The notes under the pieces: generated by a model
The model's input: only the letters and a program-made list of their open reading frames with translations
Told to the model about the DNA's origin: nothing
The model's database searches: none
Assembly: GCA_963793305.1 (NCBI GenBank)
Contig: CAWBZV010000003.1
Coordinates: 1,408,001-1,472,000 of the forward strand
Direction: 5' to 3'
Source of the DNA: an uncultured Gemmatimonadales bacterium
GTDB lineage: Bacteria > Gemmatimonadota > Gemmatimonadetes > Gemmatimonadales > Gemmatimonadaceae
Length of the DNA stretch: 64,000 bases
Shown here: one piece after another, positions 1 through 10,764 of the stretch
Layout of the letters: every line of letters begins with the position of its first letter
Numbering within the stretch: position 1 is the first letter of the stretch
Position numbers and translations under genes: made by a program

Positions 1-213
1 TCCGTGCAGGGGGCACTCGATCGTGCCGTCGTCCATCACGGTTCCGGCCGAGATCGGGAACTCCTGGTGCGGGCAGCGGTCATGCAGCGCATGGATCACG
101 CCGCCCAGATTCACGAGGCATACCGGCTCGCCGTCTGGCGCGTCGACGGCGATGAGCTCACCCTCGGGGATCTCGTCCGTCCGTGCCACCGCAACAAAAC
201 CGTGATCGATCAC
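1..213 (-). CDS. Rieske [2Fe-2S] ferredoxin (partial, runs off window start)
   Basis: Manual translation from GTG 213: MIDHGFVAVARTDEIPEGELIAVDAPDGEPVCLVNLGGVIHALHDRCPHQEFPISAGTVMDDGTIECPLHG. Has CxH and CxxH Rieske motifs; GTGA overlap with sufU stop; absent from the ORF track. Confidence 0.9.
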   Translation of the reverse strand, partial: MIDHGFVAVARTDEIPEGELIAVDAPDGEPVCLVNLGGVIHALHDRCPHQEFPISAGTVMDDGTIECPLHG

Positions 214-644
214 GCGACTTGCTCCAGCGCCGCTCTCAGCGCGTGCCAGGCGAGCGTGGCGCATTTGACCCGTACGGGAAATTGCGCGACACCGCCGAAG
301 GCAGCGAGCCGCCCCAGGCGCTCACCTTCTGATGCATCGCCGGTGACGAGCCGGTGAAACGAGTCGAAGATCGCGTCGGCTTCGGCGCGAGTCTTCCCCG
401 CGACCGCGGTCGTCATGAGCGAAGCTGAGGCCTTGGAGATGGCGCACCCGGTGCCGGGCGGCGTAGCGAAGTGCACGTCCGCGATGCGATCGCCGTCCAT
501 GCGTACCCACACGGTGACCGCATCGCCGCACATCGGATTGTTGCCGGTCGCCTGCGCATCCGCACCAGCCAGTTCGCCGAAGTTGCGTGGCGACTTGCTG
601 TGATCGAGGATCACGCTCTGGTACAGCTCGCGGAGGTCCGGCAT
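210..644 (-). CDS. sufU: SUF system NifU/SufU-family Fe-S assembly protein
   Basis: MPDLRELYQSVILDH..NPMCGD..GCAISKASAS..RVKCATLAWH; located in suf operon. Confidence 0.93.
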   Translation of the reverse strand: MPDLRELYQSVILDHSKSPRNFGELAGADAQATGNNPMCGDAVTVWVRMDGDRIADVHFATPPGTGCAISKASASLMTTAVAGKTRAEADAIFDSFHRLVTGDASEGERLGRLAAFGGVAQFPVRVKCATLAWHALRAALEQVA

Positions 645-648
645 GACC

Positions 649-1937
649 TTATGCCGCGGCGACCAGCTCGGCGCCGCCTCCGACAAACCGCTCCCGGGTG
701 AGTGCCTCGAGCGCCTCTCGCACCTCGGGCTGATCGATCCGCTCCAGTACGTCAGCCGCGAACGCATACGTGAGTAGGTTGCGCGCCTGCTCCAGATCGA
801 TGCCGCGACTTCTCAGATAGAAGAGCGCGACCTCATCCAGCCGCCCCACGGTCGCGCCGTGGGTGCACTTCACGTCGTCGGCGAAGATCTCGAGCTGCGG
901 CTTGGTGTCGGCGCGTGCGGTCTCGGACAGCAGCACGTTGTTGTTCGTCTGCTTGCCGTCCGTCTTCTGCGCCTCGGGCTGCACGTAGACTTTGCCATTG
1001 AACACGCCATGGGACGCATCGTCCATGATGCCCTTGTACACCTCGCGGCTCGCGCAATGCGGCGCCGCGTGCTCGATGCGCGTCTGGTGGTCGATGTGCT
1101 GCGTGCCGTCGAGCATATAGAGCCCGTGCATCAGGGTCTCTCCGCCCTCTCCGCCGAGCACGGTATACAGGTTGACGCGCGCCAGCGCGCCGCCGGTGGC
1201 GAACGAGAACGAGTGGTACCGGGAATCGCGCCCTTGTCTCACCTCGGTCGTCCCGACGTGATACGCCCGGTCGCTCTCGCGCTCGATGCGATAGTGATCG
1301 ACCTTGGCGCCGTCGGCGACCTGTATCTCGGTCACCGCGTTGGTGAAGTACCTGGCGTCCCCAAGCGTGACGTAGCTCTCGATGACCGTCACCACCGCAT
1401 GGCGGTCGGCGACAATCAGCGTGCGTGGATGCGTCGCGCCTTTCGCGGCCTCGGAGTCGGTCACGTAGAGCAGATGAATCGGCGTTTCGACCACCGTGTC
1501 CGCCGGCACGTGCACGATCGCCCCGTCGACGGTGAACGCGGTGTTCAGTGCCGTGAACGCATCACGCGTTGGCGTGGCGATCTTCGTCAACCAGTTCTCG
1601 GCCGCTGGGTCGTTCCAATGCCCCGCGAGGTCGAGCACGCGCACCCGGGAGGGCAGTCCGGCGAGGGACGAGAGCGCGGCGGTATAGCGACCGTTCACGA
1701 AGACGAGACGCGGAGCGTCGAGTCCCAGTGTGAACGGCGCCAGGTCGTCGAACTGCACTTGGCCACTCGGATCCCGTAACGGCAGCCAATCGACTTCGGC
1801 AATCGCCGCCGGACTCGTAAAGTGCCAATCCTCGTTCTTCTTCGTCGGAAACCCCGTCGCGATGAAATGGTCCATCGCCGCCCGACGTGCTCCGGCGAGC
1901 CACGGGGGACCACCGTCGCGGAACTGCTCGGCGAAGC

Positions 1938-1941
<4 letters not shown>
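649..1941 (-). CDS. sufD: Fe-S cluster assembly protein SufD
   Basis: FPTKKNEDWHFT; KPQLEIFADDVKCTHGATVG; LFYLRSRGI. Confidence 0.95.
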
Positions 1942-2678
<737 letters not shown>

Positions 2679-2680
2679 GA

Positions 2681-4117
2681 TTACCCTACGCTCCCTTCGA
2701 GTGTGATGCCAAGGAGCTGCTGCGCTTCGAGCGCGAACTCCATCGGCAGTTGCTGGAACACATCCTTGCAGAACCCGCTCACGATCATCGACACTGCGTC
2801 CTCGGCGGTGAGGCCGCGCTGCTTGCAGTAGAAGATCTGATCCTCGCCAATCTTCGAGGTCGATGCCTCGTGCTCCAGCGTCGCGGTACTGTTCTCGACT
2901 TCGATGTACGGAAACGTGTGCGCGCCGCACTGGTTCCCGACGAGCATCGAGTCGCACTGGGTGTAATTGCGGGCGTTGTCGGCCTTCTTCAGGATCTGCA
3001 CTTTGCCACGGTAACTATTGTTGCCGTGACCTGCCGAGATCCCCTTGGACACGATGGTGCTCTTCGTGTTCTTGCCCATGTGGATCATCTTCGTGCCCGT
3101 GTCAGCCTGCTGGTGATTGTTGACAACGGCCACGGAATAGAACTCACCCGTCGAGTTATCCCCTTGGAGAATGACGCTGGGGTACTTCCAGGTAATGGCG
3201 GATCCGGTCTCGACCTGTGTCCACGAAATCTTGGAATTCACGCCACGCGCGGCACCGCGCTTGGTGACGAAGTTGTAGATGCCACCCTTGCCCTCGGTGT
3301 CGCCGGCGTACCAGTTCTGCACGGTCGAGTATTTGACCGTCGCATTATCCAGCGCGACCAGCTCGACGACCGCGGCATGGAGCTGGTTCTCGTCGCGCCG
3401 TGGTGCCGTGCATCCCTCCAAGTAACTCACATACGCGCCTTCGTCCGCGATGATGAGTGTCCTCTCGAATTGCCCTGTCCCCGCCGCATTGATGCGGAAG
3501 TACGTGGACAATTCCATCGGGCAACGAACGCCGGGCGGTACATAGCAGAACGAGCCGTCGCTGAACACGGCCGAGTTGAGCGAAGCAAAGAAGTTGTCGG
3601 AGTACGGGACGACCGATCCCAAGTACTTCTCGATGAGCGCTGGATGCTCGCGAACGGCCTCGCCGAACGAGCAGAAGATGATGCCGAGCTCGCCCAATTC
3701 TTTGCGCATCGTCGTGCCGACCGAGACGCTGTCGAAAATGGCGTCGACGGCCACACCCGAGAGCCGCTTCTGCTCGGTGAGCGAGATGCCGAGCCGCTCG
3801 TACGTCCGGCGCAGCTCGGGATCGACTTCATCCAAGCTTCCCAGCGGCTTGACAGCCCGTGGGGCCGAGTAATAGCTGACGTTCTGGTAATCGATGGGCG
3901 GATAGGTGACATTGGCCCAATGCGGTTCGCGCATCGTGAGCCAGCGCTTGTAGGCTTTGAGACGCCAGTTCAGGAGGAATTCCGGCTCCTGTTTCTTCGC
4001 CGAAATCAGCCGGACGACGTCCTCGCTGAGCCCGCGTGGGATCGTGTCCTGTTCGATATCAGTTACGAATCCGTACTGGTATTCGCGGTTGACCAGAGTC
4101 TCGATCGACGAGCCCAT
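2681..4117 (-). CDS. sufB: Fe-S cluster assembly protein SufB
   Basis: [38 protein letters not shown]. Confidence 0.97.
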   Translation of the reverse strand: MGSSIETLVNREYQYGFVTDIEQDTIPRGLSEDVVRLISAKKQEPEFLLNWRLKAYKRWLTMREPHWANVTYPPIDYQNVSYYSAPRAVKPLGSLDEVDPELRRTYERLGISLTEQKRLSGVAVDAIFDSVSVGTTMRKELGELGIIFCSFGEAVREHPALIEKYLGSVVPYSDNFFASLNSAVFSDGSFCYVPPGVRCPMELSTYFRINAAGTGQFERTLIIADEGAYVSYLEGCTAPRRDENQLHAAVVELVALDNATVKYSTVQNWYAGDTEGKGGIYNFVTKRGAARGVNSKISWTQVETGSAITWKYPSVILQGDNSTGEFYSVAVVNNHQQADTGTKMIHMGKNTKSTIVSKGISAGHGNNSYRGKVQILKKADNARNYTQCDSMLVGNQCGAHTFPYIEVENSTATLEHEASTSKIGEDQIFYCKQRGLTAEDAVSMIVSGFCKDVFQQLPMEFALEAQQLLGITLEGSVG

Positions 4118-4149
4118 GACTTCTCTTTTCTCCACAGTGACTTATATCG

Positions 4150-4179
4150 AATCCTAAGTAACTTTGTCGGCATTGTCAA
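4150..4179 (-). promoter_or_regulatory. sigma70-type promoter of suf operon overlapping an IscR/Rrf2-like operator
   Basis: Minus strand TTGACA (4179-4174), 17 nt, TAGGAT (4156-4151). AATGCCGACAAAGTTACTTAGGATT resembles IscR type-1 sites. Confidence 0.65.
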
Positions 4180-4266
4180 TTTAAGCAAACCGAGCCTATC
4201 TGATTGAAAATACTGCAGTTACGAAGCTATGTCGCAGTTAGGTGGCTTGCTCGTCGTATCTAGAGT

Positions 4267-5127
4267 ATGACCTACCTCGCTTTTGGAGCGACTATACGCC
4301 AGCTTGGCCCTGGCGTTCTGACCATCGGGAGCGCTCCCGAGGCGGGGTGGCGTGTGTTAGGGCACGGCCTGGAGCCCCGGCACGCGATCGTGTCCCAGGA
4401 GACCGGCTGGGGCGGCCGGGCCCTCATCGAGCGCGGCTCCCCGAGCGCCGTGATCGTCGTGAACGGCGCCGAGGTCAGCGGGGGCCGGGCCACGCTCGAG
4501 TTCGATGACATCGTACGGCTCGGCACGGCCGAGTTCACGTATCGCCGCACCGGGCTCGCCGCAAAGGGCGGACCCTACCTCAAGGACCGGCGCCGCAACC
4601 GGGTGTATCTCGTCACGGAACACACGACGATCGGCCGCGATCCGTCATCGACGATCGTCATGAAAAACGTTGACGTCTCGCGGACCCACGCCGAGATCGT
4701 GAAAGAGGGCGAGGTGTTCATCCTGCGCCCGCACGGGGTGTCCGTGGTCTCGGTCAACGGCGTCCGTGTGAGTCGCCAGGCGACGCTCCGCGAGGGCGAC
4801 GACATCTCGATCGCGGACTCGACGTTTCGGTTCACGACGGACATCGGGCCATCGACGGCGGTGTCCGTCGAACCTCGTCGCGACGTCGCCGCCGGCAACA
4901 TCCCGCGCGGGGCAAGCGCACAGACCATGTTCATGGGCGCCATCGAGGCGCGCGATTTTCAGGATCGCACGCTCAGGAAAAAGATTACGCGCGGGCTCGC
5001 CGTGACCCTGACGATCGTCGCCGTCGCGTTCTCGTTGTTTTGGCTCGCCTTCAGCGCCCGTCGGTCGAGCGCGGTGCTACGCCATCGACATGCGGCGGCC
5101 GCGACCGCTGCGGCTGCGACCCGCTAG
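4267..5127 (+). CDS. Tandem FHA domain protein with C-terminal TM helix
   Basis: Degenerate FHA (LTIGS..PRHA..VNG) plus canonical FHA (TIGRD..VSRTHA..VNG); hydrophobic LAVTLTIVAVAFSLFWLAF. Confidence 0.85.
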   Translation: MTYLAFGATIRQLGPGVLTIGSAPEAGWRVLGHGLEPRHAIVSQETGWGGRALIERGSPSAVIVVNGAEVSGGRATLEFDDIVRLGTAEFTYRRTGLAAKGGPYLKDRRRNRVYLVTEHTTIGRDPSSTIVMKNVDVSRTHAEIVKEGEVFILRPHGVSVVSVNGVRVSRQATLREGDDISIADSTFRFTTDIGPSTAVSVEPRRDVAAGNIPRGASAQTMFMGAIEARDFQDRTLRKKITRGLAVTLTIVAVAFSLFWLAFSARRSSAVLRHRHAAAATAAAATR

Positions 5128-5649
5128 CGACATTTCGTCAGCAGGATGACCGCGCAGGCGGCGGCAACTAACGCCGCGCTTCCCGCCATGGCGGCGAGCG
5201 CGAAGCGCCGCCGAGTTCCTGATGCCAGGAGCCGAGCCCTCTGTGGGCGGCTCGACCGACCGGACGACCATGGTTTGCTTGAGGGCCCCGCTATCCGCAG
5301 GCGCGTCGTTGCGTTGGACAATCGTGACACCCGCCGGCAGCGGCTCCAGCGTAAAGCGCAGCTCCATGGAGCCGATCCTGACAACGTCACCCTCGGCCAA
5401 CTTCTGCTCGGCCTTCACCCGCTCGCCATTGATGTTCGACCCAGCCGCGCCCATTGAGCGAAACAGGTACACCGGCTTGCGCCCCCGATCGTCCACGCGA
5501 ACTTCCGCGTGAAACCGGGAGACCGATGGGTCGTCCACGACGACATGGCTGACCGAGTCGCGTCCAATCGTCGTCGGCACAGAGCCGATCGGATACGCAT
5601 GACCAGTACGATCCGAGACGAGAAACGCCGCCGAATACGTATTATTCAC
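5077..5649 (-). CDS. FHA domain protein; probable frameshift near 5230, true TM-bearing end likely at 5124
   Basis: TIGRD..PSVSRFHAEV..GSNINGERV..GDVVRIG. Alternative frame 5124-5390 carries RRRFALAAMAGSAALVAAACAVILL. Confidence 0.75.
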   Translation of the reverse strand: MNNTYSAAFLVSDRTGHAYPIGSVPTTIGRDSVSHVVVDDPSVSRFHAEVRVDDRGRKPVYLFRSMGAAGSNINGERVKAEQKLAEGDVVRIGSMELRFTLEPLPAGVTIVQRNDAPADSGALKQTMVVRSVEPPTEGSAPGIRNSAALRARRHGGKRGVSCRRLRGHPADEMSLAGRSRSGRGRRMSMA

Positions 5650-5654
5650 GACCA

Positions 5655-6788
5655 ATGGACGATCGGCTCCGCCATAAGGTAGCAACCGCGCTCGTCGCGA
5701 CGCTGACGGTGACCGCCGCGTGCAGGCATTCTGCCCGCCCGGCGAAGGCTGCCGTCGATTCCGTAGCCGTCGACTCGACGTTGAGCCACGCCGAGGACAC
5801 GACGTCGAGCGGCGATTCGAGCGCGGCGGGCCCGACGGATACGACGGCCGTCCGAAAGGAGGCGTCAGCGCCGCCACCACCGCCGTTATCGCCGCTGGCC
5901 GATTCGATCGCGCAGTACATGGTCTTCGTCCCGGCGACGCAGACCTGGTTCGTCGTCGCCTCCCGCGCCAAACGCGTGCTGCTCGACTTGGGCCGGGTCG
6001 ACGCCGACGTGAAAACGAAGCCGCACCGGCTCACGGCCTATCTGGAGGCGGTGCGGAAGCTTTCTCCGGTGCCCATCGGCACGCATTTCCGGTTGTTCAC
6101 GTCGTTCGGCGCCTCGAACGTCGCGGTCAAGGGATTCGATGTCTGGAATGGCCGGGTGGTCGCGACGCTCGCGGCCCCACATGAGATCGACTCGATCGGC
6201 CGCGCGGCACCCCTGTTCGTCGCGTCAGCCGAACGAATGGACTCGACGCGCGCGGATTCGCTGCGGCGCGCCGATTCGGCCGCGCGAGCCGACACGGTCA
6301 CGGGCGGTCATCCCGACTCGGCCAAGGCGCCGGCCGACACGTGCCGCCGCGGGAACGTGCCGGACTCGCTGCGTTCTCGCGTACTCGCGGTTCGCGATTC
6401 CCTGATCCTGTGGCTCGACTCGCTTCCGCCGCCGCCCTACCAGCGCCTCGTCAAGACCGAAAAGCCGCAATGGTCGACGATCGTCGGTTGTTTCGGCGGC
6501 GCCCGCCGGATCGCGCTCGCGGTCGATCTGCGGGCGGGCAACAATGAGTGGATCCGCGAGCGCGTCGTGCTGATCGACACGCTCGGCGCGGTCACCACGC
6601 TCCGGGTCAGCGACCTGCGATTCAAGGGCCACGACCTCCTGATGGCGCTCGACGCAGACGGCGACGGCCTCGACGATCTGGCGACCCGTGGGTTCGCCGA
6701 AGCGGCCGGCGGGATCACAATCTTGAAGCTCACCGACAAGGCCCGCCTCGTACGCCTAGCGGGCGGGTTCGCTTGGGAGTCGCGCTAG
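5655..6788 (+). CDS. Hypothetical lipoprotein
   Basis: 377 aa ORF; signal peptide with lipobox-like TAAC; DADGDGLDD Ca-binding-like loop near C-terminus. Confidence 0.65.
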   Translation: MDDRLRHKVATALVATLTVTAACRHSARPAKAAVDSVAVDSTLSHAEDTTSSGDSSAAGPTDTTAVRKEASAPPPPPLSPLADSIAQYMVFVPATQTWFVVASRAKRVLLDLGRVDADVKTKPHRLTAYLEAVRKLSPVPIGTHFRLFTSFGASNVAVKGFDVWNGRVVATLAAPHEIDSIGRAAPLFVASAERMDSTRADSLRRADSAARADTVTGGHPDSAKAPADTCRRGNVPDSLRSRVLAVRDSLILWLDSLPPPPYQRLVKTEKPQWSTIVGCFGGARRIALAVDLRAGNNEWIRERVVLIDTLGAVTTLRVSDLRFKGHDLLMALDADGDGLDDLATRGFAEAAGGITILKLTDKARLVRLAGGFAWESR

Positions 6789-6802
6789 CTTAGTTTGGTG
6801 GT

Positions 6803-6882
6803 ACGACACGGGTGCCGGCGATCAGCGCCGGCTGAGATCACACCGTCGAACCTGATCCGGCTCATACCGGCGTAGGGAGTTC
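6803..6882 (+). ncRNA. TPP riboswitch
   Basis: GGGTGCC..GGCTGAGA..ACACCGTCGAACCTGATCCGGCTCATACCGGCGTAGGGAG immediately upstream of thiC. Confidence 0.93.
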
Positions 6883-6884
6883 TC

Positions 6885-8225
6885 ATGAGCACGCAGATGA
6901 CCGCCGCGCGTCGCGGCGAGATAACCGACGCAATGGAGTTCGTAGCGAGACGTGAGTCCCTCTCGCCCGACGGTGTCCGCGCCGAAGTCGCCGCTGGTCG
7001 CCTAGTCATTCCGGCGAATATCCATCACCTCGCCGGCAAGCTCGAGCCGATGGCGATCGGCAACGTCGCCCGAGTCAAAATCAACGCGAATATCGGGACG
7101 TCGGCCGTGACGTCGAGCCTCGATGAAGAAGTCGGAAAGCTCGAGCTGGCCGTTCGCTACGGCGCCGACACGGTCATGGATCTCTCCACGGGTCATGACC
7201 TCGACAACATCCGGTCAGCGATTATCAACGCCTCGACGGTCCCCGTCGGCACGGTCCCGATCTATCAGGCCGTCCTGATGGGCAAAGAGCTCGAGGACCT
7301 CACGATCAACGATCTCCTGGCTGTCATCGAAACCCAGGCCAAGCAAGGCGTCGACTACATGACGATCCACGCGGGGATCCTGTTCGAGCACCTCCCACTC
7401 GTGCATGGCCGCATCACCGGCATCGTCAGCCGCGGCGGCTCGCTGCTCGGCGTGTGGATGATGCACCATCGGCGCCAGAACCCGCTGTACGAGTACTACG
7501 ACGACGTCCTCGACATCCTGCGCCAGTACGACGTGACGATCTCGCTTGGCGACTCCCTGCGCCCGGGCTGTCTCCATGACGCGAGCGATCGAGCGCAGTT
7601 CGCCGAGTTAGATACGTTAGGCGAGCTCACCCGGCGCGCCTGGGAGCACGATGTCCAGGTGATGGTCGAGGGCCCCGGCCACATCCCGATGGACCAGATC
7701 GAGATGAACGTCCGCCGCATGAAGGAGGTCTGCCACGGCGCGCCGTTCTATACGCTCGGCCCCTTAGTCGTCGACGTCGCTCCGGGGTACGATCATATCT
7801 CCAGCGCGATCGGCGCGGCGATGATCGGCTGGTACGGCGCCGACATGCTGTGCTATGTGACGCCGAAGGAGCACTTAGGGCTTCCAAACGCCGAAGATGT
7901 GCGCCAAGGCGTGATCGCGTACAAGATCGCCGCCCATGCGGCGGACATTGCGCGGGGCCGCCGAGGGGCGCGTGACCGGGACGACGCGTTGTCCCGTGCC
8001 CGGTATGGATTCGACTGGAACGAACAGTTCCGGTTGAGCCTCGACCCGGAGCGAGCGCGGGAATATCACGACGAGAGCTTACCTGCCGAGTACTTCAAGA
8101 GCGCCGAGTTCTGCGCGATGTGCGGGCCCAAGTTCTGCTCGATGCACCACTCGAGGACACTCGATGAGGGCATTGCCGAGCTGGCCCGGGAGAAGGATCT
8201 CGCCGCGTCGGGCGCTAGCACTTAG
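6885..8225 (+). CDS. thiC: Phosphomethylpyrimidine synthase ThiC
   Basis: [42 protein letters not shown]. Confidence 0.97.
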   Translation: MSTQMTAARRGEITDAMEFVARRESLSPDGVRAEVAAGRLVIPANIHHLAGKLEPMAIGNVARVKINANIGTSAVTSSLDEEVGKLELAVRYGADTVMDLSTGHDLDNIRSAIINASTVPVGTVPIYQAVLMGKELEDLTINDLLAVIETQAKQGVDYMTIHAGILFEHLPLVHGRITGIVSRGGSLLGVWMMHHRRQNPLYEYYDDVLDILRQYDVTISLGDSLRPGCLHDASDRAQFAELDTLGELTRRAWEHDVQVMVEGPGHIPMDQIEMNVRRMKEVCHGAPFYTLGPLVVDVAPGYDHISSAIGAAMIGWYGADMLCYVTPKEHLGLPNAEDVRQGVIAYKIAAHAADIARGRRGARDRDDALSRARYGFDWNEQFRLSLDPERAREYHDESLPAEYFKSAEFCAMCGPKFCSMHHSRTLDEGIAELAREKDLAASGAST

Positions 8226-8772
8226 CCTCGGCGCGGCGCTCCTCACCGCGTGCGCCTCCGGCGGGGCGCGGCCATCAGTCGCCCCATCGCCGGAGGCCGC
8301 GGCGGCTACCGATACGGGGTATTTGAGATCCCGCGGACTCATGATCCCGGTCCTCGGCGTCACGCTGGATCGCTTGAGCGACACGTTCTATGATCGCCGG
8401 GGCGACGAGCGTATACACCGCGCGATCGACATCCTGGCGCCGAAGGGCACGCCCGTGCTCGCGGCCGACGACGGCACGATCGTGCGCGTGTCGAGCAACA
8501 CGCTCGGTGGGCTCACGATCTACGCGATCGACCCGCTGCGGCGGCTCGTGTACTACTATGCGCACCTCGATCGGTACGACGTCATTGCCTACAAGGGCAA
8601 GGTGGTCGCCAAGGGCGACGTCATCGGCTACGTCGGCACCACGGGAAATGCCCGGGGCGGCCCGCCGCATCTCCACTTCCAGGTCATGCGCTACCGCGAC
8701 GAGCGCCGGTATTGGGACGGCGAGCCGATCGATCCGTTTCCGTACTTTGCGACCACAGGACAAGACCGCTAG
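8164..8772 (+). CDS. M23 family metallopeptidase (lipoprotein-like)
   Basis: [25 protein letters not shown]; lipobox LTAC; start uncertain (overlaps thiC). Confidence 0.88.
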   Translation: MRALPSWPGRRISPRRALALSLGAALLTACASGGARPSVAPSPEAAAATDTGYLRSRGLMIPVLGVTLDRLSDTFYDRRGDERIHRAIDILAPKGTPVLAADDGTIVRVSSNTLGGLTIYAIDPLRRLVYYYAHLDRYDVIAYKGKVVAKGDVIGYVGTTGNARGGPPHLHFQVMRYRDERRYWDGEPIDPFPYFATTGQDR

Positions 8773-8782
8773 TTTTGCCAGC

Positions 8783-9046
8783 ATGCCCTACGTCATTACG
8801 GAAGCCTGCATCGGCGTGAAGGACAAGGCGTGCGTCGACGTCTGCCCGGTGGACTGCATCTACGAAGGAGAGCAGCAGCTCTTTATCCATCCGGACGAAT
8901 GCATTGATTGCGGGGCATGTGAGCCGGAGTGTCCGGTGACGGCGATCTTCCCCGAGGAAGACGTGCCGTCGACCTCCACGCAGTACGTCCAGATCAATCG
9001 CGACGTTTTCAAGAGCGCCACCCCGCCCGGGCGGCCTTCACGATAA
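8783..9046 (+). CDS. 7Fe/8Fe ferredoxin (FdxA-like)
   Basis: MPYVITEACIGVKDKACVDVCPVDCIY..ECIDCGACEPECP. Confidence 0.93.
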   Translation: MPYVITEACIGVKDKACVDVCPVDCIYEGEQQLFIHPDECIDCGACEPECPVTAIFPEEDVPSTSTQYVQINRDVFKSATPPGRPSR

Positions 9047-9611
9047 GCAGCGCGACGAGCGCGGCATACTGCAAGAACGTGCTGCGCTCGCTCTTCCACG
9101 CCTCGCCCCAGTGGTGCTCGCCGGGGACGAAGCGCGCACCGATGTGCGGCCACCACCGCGCGGTCTTCACTTTGTAGGCGAGATACTCCCCGCCGAACGT
9201 CGACTCGAGTACGCCCTCCTCGTAGGCGACGATGAAATGGTACTCGACGGCGAACAGCGCGATCGCGACGATCGGGAACCACGGGATGCCTGACATGACG
9301 GCGAACCCGATCCAGATGAGCAGATTGCCGACGTAGAGCGGGTTGCGGGTCATTCCGAACACGCCCCAGTTGACGAGCTGCCGCACGTTGCGCGATCTCC
9401 GCCGCGTGACGGTGCCGGCCGCGGCCACGCCGGTGAGTCTAAAGGCCTCGCCCCAGATGATGAACCAAGCCCCGACGGCCCAGGTGAGCCACCACTGTCG
9501 TCCAGGCACGAGCAGCCCGATGACGACAATGGGCACTGGCAAAAAGCTCCGGTACCTGAAGAGCCAGGCCCCGATGCGCGCGGCGCGAGTCTGCTCGGCG
9601 GCGCTGATCAT
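9009..9611 (-). CDS. Isoprenylcysteine carboxylmethyltransferase/PEMT family membrane protein
   Basis: RNPLYVGN, YEEGVL..FGGEYLAYK; multiple TM segments. Confidence 0.88.
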   Translation of the reverse strand: MISAAEQTRAARIGAWLFRYRSFLPVPIVVIGLLVPGRQWWLTWAVGAWFIIWGEAFRLTGVAAAGTVTRRRSRNVRQLVNWGVFGMTRNPLYVGNLLIWIGFAVMSGIPWFPIVAIALFAVEYHFIVAYEEGVLESTFGGEYLAYKVKTARWWPHIGARFVPGEHHWGEAWKSERSTFLQYAALVALLIVKAARAGWRS

Positions 9612-9790
9612 GATGGCGGGCGGCGCCGCTCACGGCCGAGCGTGACCCAGCCGAGCGCGCCGAGGATGGGCAGGACGAGCACGATGGTCGTCCACCATCC
9701 TTTCGCTTTGCGCGAATGTGCAGGGCTGTGCCAGATCGAGTACAGCGCCGCAAGGTCGCACGCGACCGTGGCGGCGATGAGCCACCCCAC
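9608..9790 (-). CDS. Small PLDc N-terminal domain membrane protein
   Basis: KAKGWWTTIVLVLPILGALGWVTLGR pattern; ATGA overlap with next gene. Confidence 0.7.
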   Translation of the reverse strand: MGWLIAATVACDLAALYSIWHSPAHSRKAKGWWTTIVLVLPILGALGWVTLGRERRRPPS

Positions 9791-9868
9791 CGGATCAGTC
9801 TAGCAGGTTGCCGAACACGGCACCTGCTAGACCGGGTCGGTTGAACTGAGCTCTCCTACGTCGAGCTC
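9789..9868. other. Two intergenic stem-loops
   Basis: GTCTAGCAGGT-T-GCCG-AACA-CGGC-ACCTGCTAGAC (9798-9832) and GAGCTC-N9-GAGCTC (9848-9868). Confidence 0.6.
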
Positions 9869-10764
9869 TAAGTCGCGGGTCGATCGCACGTCGCCAAATC
9901 TGGCGTGACGGCGCGCGCATTGAAAGTGACCCACAGCAACGTGGGCCCACGCAGGGCCAACGCGACGGCGGCGGCTTTCGCCATGTACGTATCGTCCAAC
10001 GGTAACCCAATCTCGGCCACTGCCTGTCGACCCCTGTCCAACGGTTTCCCGTACGCGCCGCCGTACGCCGTGTGATCTACACGAACCGGCACCGCGGGCA
10101 GCCCGGCCGCGCGGATCAGTCCCGGAATGCGCCACGGCGGCGCCGCGATCCACGGTACGACCCGTACGGCGGTCACGGTCGTCCTGATGCCCGCGACGCC
10201 CAAGCCCATGGCAATACCCGCCGCCGTTCCACCAGTGCCAAGCGGCACCACGATGGTGTGGGGTGTTGGGAGCTCGCCTCGCTGGATCTGCCCCGCCAAC
10301 TCGCGCCCGGCCTCAATGTGACCCAGTATCCCGAGCGGTGATGTCCCCCCAATGGGGACATAACACCGCGCGCCGCGATGGAGCGCGTACCGCGCGAGCG
10401 CGGCGAGCGTGTGAGATGTCTCGATGGCGGTGCAGCGGGCGTGTATCTCTTGGGCGACCGCCAGCGCCGTGGGATTCATGACCTGAGGCCACGTATACGC
10501 AATGGTCCGGGCCCCGAGTCGAGCCGCGTGGACCGCGGTCGCGAGCACGTGAGTCGAGCCACGCGAGCCGAGCGTGACGACCGTGTCACCCGGCGTGACC
10601 GCGCCGAGAAGAAACTCGAGCGCACGGACCTTGTTGCCGCCGCACACCGCGGCATTCAGGTCATCGCGCTTGACCCAGATCCGGCCACGGACCTCGACGG
10701 GAGTCGGAAACGTCCCAAGGCTGGCTCTTACGCTAGATTCCTCGAACCGTGCTTGAACCGCCAC
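9868..10764 (-). CDS. PLP-dependent ACC deaminase/D-cysteine desulfhydrase family enzyme
   Basis: WVKRDD..GGNKVRALEFLL, GSTH, GTGGT, LDDTYMAKA; start uncertain. Confidence 0.85.
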   Translation of the reverse strand: MAVQARFEESSVRASLGTFPTPVEVRGRIWVKRDDLNAAVCGGNKVRALEFLLGAVTPGDTVVTLGSRGSTHVLATAVHAARLGARTIAYTWPQVMNPTALAVAQEIHARCTAIETSHTLAALARYALHRGARCYVPIGGTSPLGILGHIEAGRELAGQIQRGELPTPHTIVVPLGTGGTAAGIAMGLGVAGIRTTVTAVRVVPWIAAPPWRIPGLIRAAGLPAVPVRVDHTAYGGAYGKPLDRGRQAVAEIGLPLDDTYMAKAAAVALALRGPTLLWVTFNARAVTPDLATCDRPAT

